Below, piece by piece: positions 22,658 through 32,747 of a stretch of DNA of 64,000 nt. Where the stretch lies: positions 310,001 to 374,000 of the forward strand of contig NW_013657657.1 in the NCBI RefSeq assembly GCF_000142905.1, given 5' to 3'. Under the pieces are notes generated by a model. That model saw only the letters and a list, made by a program, of their open reading frames with translations. It was not told the DNA's origin and did no database searches. The stretch is from Thecamonas trahens ATCC 50062. Its lineage: Eukaryota > Protista > Apusomonadida. The translations under genes were made by a program, and so were the position numbers. Every line of letters starts with the position of its first letter. Position 1 is the stretch's first letter.

Positions 22658-24535
22658 TTATGGACTCTTCGCCACCAAGTGTGGCCGCGCCGTCTGTAGC
22701 GCCTCGACGTAGGTGAGCTTGCACCCGTCGAGCACGTTGCGGTCGAGGAGCTTGACGCCCGAGTCGAGGTCGGGCGTGTTGGCAACGAGATCGAGCGGAA
22801 CGACGTAGTGGTAAGGCTCCGAGTCAGCAAAGGCGAGCGTGGTGGCGTAGGCCGAGTGCGGAGTGGTGAGGGTGAACGGCGCCGCCGCCAGGGGCGGGCT
22901 CGGCACGCCGTCGGTGCCAACAACAACCGCACCCGACGCCGGGTTGTCTATAACCGACGCCAAGAGTGCCACAGCCGGTCCGCGAACTACAGTTCCGGGC
23001 CCAAGCGTCGAGTGCGAGACCACAAGCTTGTCGTCCACCACAAACTCGATGGCGTCGTCGGGCAGAGCCAGCGCCAGCGTGGATGAGGTGATCACCACGA
23101 TGGCGTGCGGCGTGGCGAGGTCAATGCGGAGCGTACCGGAGCCGGACACGGTAGTGTCGACAAATACAACGCGGGCGCCGGACGAGCCGCCCGTGACAAC
23201 CAGCGAAATATCCGGTTCGATGGTCGAGTTGTAGGCGACAACGGCGGCGCTCGAATCGGACGGCGGAGCGAGGGAGGGCACGGAGTGGGCGGCGAGGCCT
23301 GCGATGCGGCGGCCGGCCGGGGTAACCGCGCGAGCGACGAGTGACTCGAGGTAGTACCGCGGCTCGCCCATGTCGCACACCATCGAGCCAGAGCCAAAGG
23401 TGGCGACACGGACGGTGCGAGCAGCGAGCCAGGCTGATGCGTCGCGGTGGATGATGGCGGCGTGGGCGGGCGGAAGGCGCGAGGCCGCCACAAAGTCGGC
23501 CGCAGGCTGGAACGGGGCGGCAAAGAGCGTGGCGTAAAAGCCAAAGGCATGGAGCTCGGCGACGTCGTCTTCGGTGAAGAGACTTGCCAGGTGGGTGATG
23601 CTGGTCTTGGCGAGGGCGGCAAACATGATGTTCTCCAAAATCTGGCCCGAGCCGCTGAGCTCGAGCAGCGCTGGAAGCGACGGCTTCTCCACAAAGTGGA
23701 CCAGGGCCCCGGTGTCGTCGACAAGCAGGATGCCTTTGGACGAGAGGCGGGCGAGCTCGTGGGCTGCGGCGCGATAGGAAGCGATGGCCTCGGGTGCGTC
23801 CGGTGCAAGATCTGGGATGAGTGAGAGGAGGGCGGCAAGAGCGTGCGGGGTGTCGAGGCTCGCCCAGTCAGGGACGGCGGCGGGTGCGGTGGCGCGGAGG
23901 AGAGCCAGCGGCGAGGTCTGGTCCGACGAGACAAGCGGCGAGTGCGGGTGGGTAAATAGAACTACGTCCGCATCGGCAGCGGCGGGATCAGAGGCGAGCG
24001 GGCCGACCGGCAGCGGAACGGCGAGGGTGACGGCGGCGGGCAAGATGTCGTAGTCAGAGGCGGTGAGGAGGGCCCATCGCGCGGGCTCGCCGCCTGGAAG
24101 CAGCGGGGCGATGGCGTTGAGCGAGGCGAGAGACTCGATCCAGGCGAGCGAGCCAAGGAGCGGGAAGAGGCCCTGGTAGCCGTAGCGGAGAGTCAGGGCG
24201 TAGTTGCGCGACTTCTTGCCACCGTCGAGGATAAAGGCGAGCGGCGGTGAGGATGGGTCGGCCCACGCTGCGTGAGGCAAGACCGCGCGGAGCATGTGCA
24301 GGAGGCCGACAAGGTCGTGCTTGTACGCGGTGGGCGCCTCGGGCGAGAGGACAAGGTCGACAGCATCAGCGAGGCCGGCGGCAGCAAGGGCCGAGCGAAC
24401 GGTGGTGGCGTAGAGGTCCGCCGCACCTGGGAGGAACTCCTTGAGGTTGGTGGCTGCAGTGAGAGCCGGCGAGGACGAGCCGGTGAGGCTCACGGTAGCC
24501 GCGAGCCGAGCGTCTGCGGCGGCAGCGAGCTCCAT
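22658..24535 (-). CDS. Divergent sugar-phosphate nucleotidyltransferase-like protein
   Basis: FILDGGKKSRNYALT (cf. ILAGGxGTRLxPLT), SDYD, HFVEKP and CDMGEP (cf. DxGTP), with a beta-rich C-terminal region. Confidence 0.6.
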   Translation of the reverse strand: MELAAAADARLAATVSLTGSSSPALTAATNLKEFLPGAADLYATTVRSALAAAGLADAVDLVLSPEAPTAYKHDLVGLLHMLRAVLPHAAWADPSSPPLAFILDGGKKSRNYALTLRYGYQGLFPLLGSLAWIESLASLNAIAPLLPGGEPARWALLTASDYDILPAAVTLAVPLPVGPLASDPAAADADVVLFTHPHSPLVSSDQTSPLALLRATAPAAVPDWASLDTPHALAALLSLIPDLAPDAPEAIASYRAAAHELARLSSKGILLVDDTGALVHFVEKPSLPALLELSGSGQILENIMFAALAKTSITHLASLFTEDDVAELHAFGFYATLFAAPFQPAADFVAASRLPPAHAAIIHRDASAWLAARTVRVATFGSGSMVCDMGEPRYYLESLVARAVTPAGRRIAGLAAHSVPSLAPPSDSSAAVVAYNSTIEPDISLVVTGGSSGARVVFVDTTVSGSGTLRIDLATPHAIVVITSSTLALALPDDAIEFVVDDKLVVSHSTLGPGTVVRGPAVALLASVIDNPASGAVVVGTDGVPSPPLAAAPFTLTTPHSAYATTLAFADSEPYHYVVPLDLVANTPDLDSGVKLLDRNVLDGCKLTYVEALQTARPHLVAKSP

Positions 24536-24575
24536 GTATGTTACTTAGTGCTAGGCGGAGACTCTGGGCCGAGGC

Positions 24576-25046
24576 TCAGCGAAAGGCCGAGAGGCGTGTA
24601 CCGGCCCGACGGGCCGAGACCGCGGCCGTGGTCGTGGCCGAGGAAGACATGGAGAGCGACGAGCGGCTCGATGCAGGCCGATGGGCACCTGAGACCGGGG
24701 CCGAGGGGGGCGAGAAGGCGGCGAGGGTGAAGAGCGGCTGCGAGGGCGGACGGGTGGACGGCTTGGCCGATCCGGCAGCAAAGGCTGAGAGGGCGGCGGC
24801 GGTGGCCAGCGTGGTGGGCGATGACTGGACAAGGCAGAACGGTGAGGGCCCGCGGCGGGCAAGTGGGCGGGGAGCGTCGGGCTGGAGGCGTGGGACGGCG
24901 GCAAATGCGAGTGGCGGCGCGGTGGGCGCGCGGGCGGGGAGCGCCGCTGCGGACGCGCCCGAGTGGGGAGGCGGAGCGGGGAGCGACGATGGGCGCGGAA
25001 TGAGGAGCGGCGGCGAGACTGAATGGTTGGCGGAAGCGGCCGAGGG
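24576..25046 (-). CDS. Possible 3' end of a low-complexity Ala/Pro/Ser-rich protein running into the gap
   Basis: The frame is open up to the N gap with coding-like codon usage. No recognisable domain. Confidence 0.3.
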   Translation of the reverse strand, partial: PSAASANHSVSPPLLIPRPSSLPAPPPHSGASAAALPARAPTAPPLAFAAVPRLQPDAPRPLARRGPSPFCLVQSSPTTLATAAALSAFAAGSAKPSTRPPSQPLFTLAAFSPPSAPVSGAHRPASSRSSLSMSSSATTTAAVSARRAGTRLSAFR

Positions 25047-25453
25047 NNNNNNNNNNNNNNNNNNNNNNNNNNNNNNNNNNNNNNNNNNNNNNNNNNNNNN
25101 NNNNNNNNNNNNNNNNNNNNNNNNNNNNNNNNNNNNNNNNNNNNNNNNNNNNNNNNNNNNNNNNNNNNNNNNNNNNNNNNNNNNNNNNNNNNNNNNNNNN
25201 NNNNNNNNNNNNNNNNNNNNNNNNNNNNNNNNNNNNNNNNNNNNNNNNNNNNNNNNNNNNNNNNNNNNNNNNNNNNNNNNNNNNNNNNNNNNNNNNNNNN
25301 NNNNNNNNNNNNNNNNNNNNNNNNNNNNNNNNNNNNNNNNNNNNNNNNNNNNNNNNNNNNNNNNNNNNNNNNNNNNNNNNNNNNNNNNNNNNNNNNNNNN
25401 NNNNNNNNNNNNNNNNNNNNNNNNNNNNNNNNNNNNNNNNNNNNNNNNNNNNN
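25047..25453. other. Assembly gap
   Basis: Run of N. Confidence 1.
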
Positions 25454-25884
25454 GGTATGTCGGCGCGCGGGTGGGCGCGGCGCGGTCCAAAGGGTCAACA
25501 CATTGCAGACGTATGATGTATGGGGTGACGGGGTCATTTGAGGGTTATCCTAATTCGATTCGGTTAGCAGGAGTTGCTTCTCGCGACGAAGACTGGGGTG
25601 GTGGCGGGGAATGGCAGAGTGTCAGGTCAAGGCGCGGCTCGGCGCTCAAAATGGGACATTCTCGCGCGAGCGGGAACGGGGGCGAGTGGGGATGGAGTAA
25701 AAAAAGGCCTGGCATGGAAGTGGTGAAAGTTATGAATGGGCGGGTTGCGGGGGGGGGGGGGGGGGGGGGGGGCAGAGGCGGGGCATGTCACGTGTCGCAG
25801 AGAGCAGGGGGGAGGGGGTGAGGTGGAGGCGGAGCAGTCGCACACTGCTCTTGAGGCTGCAAGAGTGGGAAGGGGGGGAGCAGC

Positions 25885-27891
25885 ATGGGCAACGCATCGT
25901 CGTCTGGGGCGGCGAATGAGGACATGGTGTTCTCTGCCGAGTTCTCGGACAAGGGCCTGGGCATGGACAAGTTCGACTTTCTGCGGCCGATTGCTCACGG
26001 CGGCTTTGGCGAGGTCTTCCTCACCCGAGACCGGTCGACGGGCAAGGTGTACGCCATCAAGGTCATGGACAAGGCGCATGTGGTCAAGCACGGCATGGTG
26101 GACCAAGCCATGGCTGAGAAGGCCATTCAGCTACAGATTGGCGAGTCGCCGTTCATCGTCAACCTGCGAGCCGCGTTCCAGACTGCCGACAAGCTGTGCA
26201 TCGGTAGGTGGGAGGTTGTGGAGGCGACGGGGTTGAGGGAGGGAAGGGAGGCTGACTCATGAATGGGATGATGAGGGGATACAGTCATGGACTATGTGTC
26301 GGGCGGCGATCTGTTCGAGCTGCTCAAGACGACGGGCCAGTTTGATGAAGCGCGGGCGAGGCTGTATGCGGCCGAGGTCTGCTGCGCGCTCGAGTACTTG
26401 CACTCGCGCAAGATCCTGTACCGCGATCTAAAGCTAGAGAACGTGCTGCTGGACGACTCGGGTCACATCCTGCTGTGCGACTTTGGACTCGCCAAGGAGC
26501 TGCGGCAGGACGCGGGAGCAGGGGTGTCTGCGGCGTCTGTGCTGGAGACTGTGTTTTGCGGGACGAAGGAGTACATGGCGCCGGAGATGCTTGGTCCCAA
26601 GTCTGCGTACGGGTTCGAAGTCGACTGGTGGGCATTTGGAGTCTTTCTCTACGCAATGGTGACCGGCAAGTACCCGTTCTACGCGCGGACGCTGCCCAAG
26701 CTGGAGACCAAGATCCTCAATGACGCAGTGTGGTTCCCGCCGCACATGAGCGCGGCGTGCCGGTCGCTCATCGAAGGCCTTCTAGCCAAGGATCCGAGCC
26801 AGCGGCTGGGTCTTGCGGGCATCAAAGCACATCCTTTCTTTGCTGACCTCGATTGGGAGCGGGTGGCGGCCAAAGAGTACGAACCGCTTTTCCTGCCCGA
26901 GATCGACGAGATGGTGATGGCGCTGCAGGCCGAGGCGGCGGCGGCAGCCGGGAGCGCCGCGGCAAGCAGTGGCGGCGAGACTGGGCCGAGCGACGAGGTG
27001 GCGTCGTGGGTTGTCAACTCGCCTTCGATGGCGTCGCTGGACTCGGACGACAATGCGCTGCGCGAGCGGCGCGCGCGCGAGACTGCACGGTCCGAGGCAG
27101 CCGTTCAAGAGTGCCGCAAGATCTTGCCCGACGAGCCGTTTATCGCGGGTTGGGTCATCATCTCGATCAACAAGTGGAACTTTGAGCAGACGCGGGTACT
27201 CCTCCTCACATCCAAGGCGATGTACCGAGTCAAGTACGACTTTAACTCGGGCTCGGCTGAGCGCGGATTTGACCATGCAGCGCGGACGCCGCTCTCAGAC
27301 ATCATGACGGTTCAGCGCGGGCGAATGCACGACTCGCGGTTCGCGTCGATCACCGACGCGCTCAACAAGCCGCCGACGCTCTACGCCATGCGGCTTGTGT
27401 CGTTGAGCGAGAACTTGCGGCGGACAACCAAGGCGCGTACGTTCTGCCCGTTCATGACGCCGACGGGTTCAGTCGAGGCCGACCTAGCGGAACAAGCCGA
27501 GCTCACCGACACCATCTTGGGCACGATCCTGGCGGCGCGCGAGAACCTGCTCGGCACCGCCGAAGCTGCGCTTATTCCCATCGAGGTCTCGCTCCACCGC
27601 GAGACGCTCTCGGCACCGCGGGTCAAGGACGTCGTCCAAGTCCGTGAGACGGCGGCTGCTGCGACTATGGGCCGCGTTGCGGCGTCGGCCGATGCGCCAA
27701 CCCGGCTCCGCGAACTCGCTACTGTCCTTGCCGAAGTCAACTCGCAGATCGCCGACACCACCCAGCTCCTCGCGCAGCTCCACAATCAGCGCGACTCGAT
27801 CAAGGCCGAGCTCGACGAGCTGCAGGAGGGACTTGGCAAGACTGCAGACGGGGAGGCGGTGCCTCCTGAGGTTGACGAGATTGAGGGATAA
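25885..27891 (+). CDS. AGC-group Ser/Thr kinase with C-terminal hSac2-like domain and coiled coil; intron 26204-26284
   Basis: MGNASS start. Motifs IAHGGFGEV, YAIKVMDK, FQTADKLCI|VMDYVSGGDLF (81-nt GTAGGT..ACAG intron), YRDLKLEN, DFGLAK, FCGTKEYMAPE and HPFFADLDW. Then WVIISINKWNFEQTRVLLLT..YRVKYDF. Confidence 0.9.
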
Positions 27892-28066
27892 AGGAGAGTT
27901 GCTGCACCACCCTGTCACCTGCGAGCAAACGAGTATTTTGCCGTGTCCGTTTGTGAAGTGCCAATGAAGAAGAGGCCGAGCAATTGGACTCCGGGGGGGG
28001 GGGGCGACTGGGGCTCAGGCCGGGAAGGGCGTGAGAGCCACTTGTCCCCCGTCGCAGAGAGCCACA

Positions 28067-29465
28067 ATGAGCGGCAAGCGGCGCAAGCCGACACGGTCGG
28101 AAATGCTGGCCATGAGCTCTGGAGGAGGAGGCGAGGAAGGAAGCGGTGGCGCGGGTGTGGCGGCTGGTGGCCAGGTCGGGTCTCCCGGCGGCAGGCCGTT
28201 GGTTGGCGGCTCGGTCGCAGCAAGCGCGGCTCCGGGGAGCGGGTACGGGCCTGGGGCCGGGGCGCTGGGCGCGGCTCCGCCGCCGATGGCTATGGCTCCT
28301 GCGCCTGGGACGGGCCCTCTGGCGGTGTCTTCACCGTACGGCCCGCCGGGCGGCCCGGGCTACGGCCNNNNNNNNNNNNNNNNNNNNNNNNNNNNNNNNN
28401 NNNNNNNNNNNNNNNNNNNNNNNNNNNNNNNNNNNNNNNNNNNNNNNNNNNNNNNNNNNNNNNNNNNNNNNNNNNNNNNNNNNNNNNNNNNNNNNNNNNN
28501 NNNNNNNNNNNNNNNNNNNNNNNNNNNNNNNNNNNNNNNNNNNNNNNNNNNNNNNNNNNNNNNNNNNNNNNNNNNNNNNNNNNNNNNNNNNNNNNNNNNN
28601 NNNNNNNNNNNNNNNNNGCTCGATGGCATGTATCCCGTGTACGAAGCGTCGCCGCGGGGGAGGCCAACGCGAGCCAAGAGTCCGGGGCGGGCGGCGCGGT
28701 GGAACCATCGGCGGGCGCAGCGGCCGCGGCCGCGGCGGCGGTGGTGGTGGTGGCGGTGGGCGGCGGCGGCGGCAGGCATCGGACGCATCGTTTGTAGGCA
28801 CGCACGGGCTGCGGCTGCAGCAGGCTAACGATTCTAACTGGCCGCTGCGGACGCCGATGGATGTGGCGTCTGCGGCGTCAGGATCGCGCGGCGGGCCTCG
28901 GCCGCAGCGCGAGGAAAAGTTGCCGGCGTACGCGTCGCGCAAGGCGCGTGAGATCGAGTACAAGCCGTACTCGCTGTCAGACTACAAGCGGATTGCGGCG
29001 CCGACTAAGCTCGGCTCGCTCGGCCCAGACCTGGCCTCGCCGGAGCTGCAGGCCAAGCAGGAGCGGCGGCGGCGGATGCAGAGCTACGGGGCCAAGCTCA
29101 AGCAGATGCATCGGAGCCACATCCCTGCGCCGATTGTGCCCAAGGGCTCGGTCGAGCGGCGCGAAAAGGTGTCCAAGTCGGAGCGGGCGCGGCAATACTC
29201 CAAGACCATCCGCAAGCCGGCGCACCGCGGCGGGGCGCCGGCGCCGCACCGCGCCTCGGGCGTGGCCTACGCCGGAACCTCAGGCTTTGGCGGCACGTTT
29301 GGCCATGGAGTCGGTGCGGGCGCGCGCGGCGGCGGCTATGACCTGCAAACCTCGCAGTCTTCCAAGTACAACCGTGGCGCTGGCAACACGCCCATCGAGG
29401 CCATGGAGCTCAAGCACCGCATCGACTTGCAGCAGGTTGCGTCGATCCGCGAGTCGTACATGTGA
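28067..29465 (+). CDS. JHY (C11orf63)-like ciliary protein; model spans a gap, with a probable intron ending near 28798
   Basis: C-terminal YKPYSLSDYK..KLGSLGPD..SYGAKLKQMH..ERARQYSKTIRKP..MELKHRIDLQQVASIR resembles the conserved JHY C-terminal pattern. The 5' structure is uncertain. Confidence 0.6.
28368..28617. other. Assembly gap
   Basis: Run of N. Confidence 1.
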
Positions 29466-29491
29466 GGAGGGCTAAAAGTAAGAAAAGGAAA

Positions 29492-30541
29492 TCAGAGGCG
29501 GGAGCGAGACGGTGGAGCGGCGGCTTCGGCGAGCGCGGCCAGGACGTGGCCCGCGGCTGCCGCAGGCTCTTCCACCATCGGAAAGTGGGTGCAATCGTCA
29601 AGGACAGTGACCGACGAGGCGCCGAGGTGGGTGCCCACGGCTGCCGCCACTCCGGACGCGTAGGCGCGGGATCTTCCGCCGGCATACAGCGCCATAGCCG
29701 GGGGAAGGACGGGACGGGCGGCGGCAACAACCTCCCACAGGTGGCTGAAGCGGTAGCCGCGAAAGGTGGCGGCCTCGGCAAGTGGCGGGCAGGCAAGGGT
29801 GACGGCGTCGGGGCCGGCGGCCGGATCAGGTACCATGCCGCCGTCGAGGTAGGCGTCGACAGCGGCGGGCGTCCAGGTGGCAAACATGCCGTGGCCAGTG
29901 TACGCGGACGCGGCGGCGGCTCGCGAGGGAAAGTCCGCCCGGCGGCGAGCGGCGCCGGTAGCCATCACGTGCGAGGCGACGTGGCCGGCGCTGGGCGGGA
30001 AGACGATGGGCTCGTAGGCGACGATAGCATCAAAGACGCCCGGGCGGAGGATGGCGGCCATGAGCAGCGTCGTTGCGCCCATCGAGTGACCTACCGCGAT
30101 GCGAAGGCCGCTTGACTCGGGCCTGGGCGCGCCTTGGCCGGCCACATCGATGTCGTCGTCGAGCGCATCGATGACCGCAAGCGCGTCGTGGGCTAGGCCC
30201 CACCAGTCGAGCGGCTCGTAGGCCTTGCCGGCAGCATCCGCGCCGACGTCCCCGTCGAGAGAGCCAAGCCGCGAGCCGCCGTGCCACGCATGGTCCCATG
30301 CCACAAGGCGCAGCCGGGCGGCTGCGCCCGCTGTCTCTGTCCATTCTCCTCCCGTCGCCTCCTCAAGGCCGGCCCATAGAGGGAGCCACGTCTCCTTGCA
30401 CAGCCCGGTCCCGTGGGCAAAGACCAGAGTGTGGGCCGGGCCTGGGCGCGAGGTGCCGATGGTGGCAGTCATGGCTGCGAGAGTGACATCAGCAAGTGCT
30501 GCCGACGGCACGATGAACGGCGTCGCGGCGGTGCGGAGCAT
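29492..30541 (-). CDS. Alpha/beta hydrolase with C-terminal PTS1 (SRL), probably peroxisomal
   Basis: VFAHGTGLCKETW, WDHAWHGGS, nucleophile elbow VGHSMGA, YEPIV and THFPMVEEP. The protein ends -SRL. Confidence 0.85.
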   Translation of the reverse strand: MLRTAATPFIVPSAALADVTLAAMTATIGTSRPGPAHTLVFAHGTGLCKETWLPLWAGLEEATGGEWTETAGAAARLRLVAWDHAWHGGSRLGSLDGDVGADAAGKAYEPLDWWGLAHDALAVIDALDDDIDVAGQGAPRPESSGLRIAVGHSMGATTLLMAAILRPGVFDAIVAYEPIVFPPSAGHVASHVMATGAARRRADFPSRAAAASAYTGHGMFATWTPAAVDAYLDGGMVPDPAAGPDAVTLACPPLAEAATFRGYRFSHLWEVVAAARPVLPPAMALYAGGRSRAYASGVAAAVGTHLGASSVTVLDDCTHFPMVEEPAAAAGHVLAALAEAAAPPSRSRL

Positions 30542-30845
30542 GTGACGGGCGAGTTGGGTGGGCGGAGTTGGGCAGCGGGCGCTCGACCCCGGTCGTGGCG
30601 CCGGCAACGAGCGACGGGGGTTTTTTGCGCTGTCCAAAGACGTTCCATGCCGATTCTCGCCTGGCGGAGTCGCACTTTGGGGGGGGTTCCACGGCGGCAC
30701 ACAGGGCCGGAGGGGGGCGGGGGGGACGACCGAGGAGTGGAGGCACTCGACGCGTGGGATTGCGTTGCAAAGCGGAGACAGACGCAGACGACAGGAGAGC
30801 TAGCAGGCACAGCCGAGGGCGTGTGTGGCTTGTGCAGGCGTCGGC

Positions 30846-32708
30846 ATGGGCTGCGGAAGCTCGAGGGCGGACCAGGGCAAAAACGGACGGGGTGGGAGTG
30901 GGAACTTGGTTCGGGCTAGCAGGCGGGGCGGGAAGAGCGACCGTGGCGGGCTAACGCCATTGCGGGAGGTGCGTGCTGAGCGTGAGGCGTCACTTGCGCA
31001 GCTGGACCTGGCGTCGCTTCCGGGCCTGGCGGCGTGGCGGGCGCTGGCGACGCTGGGCGAGGGTTGTGTCGAACGAGGCGACGGCAGAGCAACGGCTATG
31101 TCTGTCTTTGCGCCGGTTGTGCGGGTGGCGGCAATGCGAGGCGATGACCCAAGCGCTAAGCTGCGGGTGGTGGGCCTCCAAGCAAATCAACAATGCAAGG
31201 GCCGCTCGCGGAGCAAGTGCAAGAAGAACGAGGTAGAGCTGGTGTTTGAGCCGTCGGAGCTGCGGTACTTCTCGGCCGCGATGATGGAGACTGTGATGGA
31301 CGCGGTCTCGAGCGGCGAGCTCTCGCTCTTTGACATCCTGGACGACGCGCTTGTCATCCGCATCCTGTGGTATCTGCCGCTGGCCGACTTTTGCCACGCA
31401 GCGCAAGTAAGCTTGCGGCTAAACTTGCTGACGTATGACGCCGAGCTGTCGACGCTCTGGATGGTGCGGACGCTGGCGACGTCGCGGATTCGCGACTCGT
31501 CGCTGACACGGCTGGCAGCGCGCTCAGTCTCTTGTATTCTCTCGCTTGACCTCTCCAACTGCCAGCTGGTGACCGACTGCGGTCTGCGAGCCATTCTCGA
31601 GGTGAATCCGCTGATGGAGGACATCTCGCTGGCCAACTGCACCGGCATCACGCGAGCCGGCCTCATGGCGGTGGCGGAGCTCGGGACCTCGCTTCAGCGA
31701 GCAGTCATGCCCGTGACCAAGGCGCGGTCGCACGCCGAGTCGTATAGCGATATTATCGAGGTTATGGCGGCCAACGCGACCGAGCTCGTCGAGCTGGACA
31801 TTGACGGCTGGGTCGTCAGCGCCAACGCGCTGGCATGCCTGCTTAAGCAGTGCAGCTCGCTCGAGCGGTTGACGGTCTCACTCCGGTCTATACCGGGCGA
31901 GTCAATTGTTGACGACGTAGGCTTTATGCAGGTCTGCCAGTACGCGCACAACATCAAGGGCCTTGTCCTCAACTACCCGGTCGAGCTCAATTCGTCTTCG
32001 CTCACGGCGCTACTAGCGCACATGGGCTCACTCACGGCGCTCAACATTGCACATGCCTCGTTTCCGCGGCTCGCTCTCGCGCCTGGCATGGCGCCTGTCC
32101 TCCGGGTCATTCATCTCAACGATGTAGCCATTGACGACGCAGGCCTTGCTTCGCTGATTGCGTCGACGCCGTCGCTCTACCACTTTGAGCTCCGGTTTTG
32201 TGCGCACCTCACCGACACCTTTCTCTCATCGCCGCTCCCGCCGTCGCTTCAGACTCTGGTCCTCACCTCGTGTCCGATCTCGGACCGCGGCGTCGGGTTT
32301 GTGGCCCGGCAGCTGGAGCGGCTGCCGCGGCTGCTCTGCCTCGACCTCTCACACACCAACATCTCGGAGCAGTCGCTCTCCACACTCCTTGGCATCGGCA
32401 AGAGCGTGCCTTACATTGGCATCGCCGACTGCGCAGCCATCCAGGCTAACTCGATCATCGAGTTCTACATGCGGCGGCACAAGCAGCTCAAAAAGTACGA
32501 GGCGGCCTTCCTTGAGGTCATCGCCCGCGCCGAGCCGCCGTCGCGGTTCCATCTTCCGTCGGGCGAGCCGCGCCCACTCTTTGCCTCGCCGAGCATGGCA
32601 GGCATGTCAGGTGGCCCGTCCGGCTGCCGTGCCAAGCCCACCATTTCATCGCGACTCGTCGAGAGTCACGTCCGCGGCATGCATGCCTCGCTCTCGGGCA
32701 CTCGGTAG
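30846..32708 (+). CDS. F-box/LRR (FBXL-like) protein with MGCGSS N-terminus
   Basis: F-box-like DILDDALVIRILWYLPLADFCHAAQVS. Cys-containing LRRs (LDLSNCQLVTDCGL, LRFCAHLTD, LTSCPISDRGV). Confidence 0.82.
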   Translation: MGCGSSRADQGKNGRGGSGNLVRASRRGGKSDRGGLTPLREVRAEREASLAQLDLASLPGLAAWRALATLGEGCVERGDGRATAMSVFAPVVRVAAMRGDDPSAKLRVVGLQANQQCKGRSRSKCKKNEVELVFEPSELRYFSAAMMETVMDAVSSGELSLFDILDDALVIRILWYLPLADFCHAAQVSLRLNLLTYDAELSTLWMVRTLATSRIRDSSLTRLAARSVSCILSLDLSNCQLVTDCGLRAILEVNPLMEDISLANCTGITRAGLMAVAELGTSLQRAVMPVTKARSHAESYSDIIEVMAANATELVELDIDGWVVSANALACLLKQCSSLERLTVSLRSIPGESIVDDVGFMQVCQYAHNIKGLVLNYPVELNSSSLTALLAHMGSLTALNIAHASFPRLALAPGMAPVLRVIHLNDVAIDDAGLASLIASTPSLYHFELRFCAHLTDTFLSSPLPPSLQTLVLTSCPISDRGVGFVARQLERLPRLLCLDLSHTNISEQSLSTLLGIGKSVPYIGIADCAAIQANSIIEFYMRRHKQLKKYEAAFLEVIARAEPPSRFHLPSGEPRPLFASPSMAGMSGGPSGCRAKPTISSRLVESHVRGMHASLSGTR

Positions 32709-32747
32709 CCAGCCAGAACCGCAGCCGTTTGCACTTGTCGCCGCGCC

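Noticed and set aside
24538-25821. ORFs spanning the N gaps (also 27943-28963 and 41460-42599)
   Set aside because: Their length is an artefact of Ns being translated as X.
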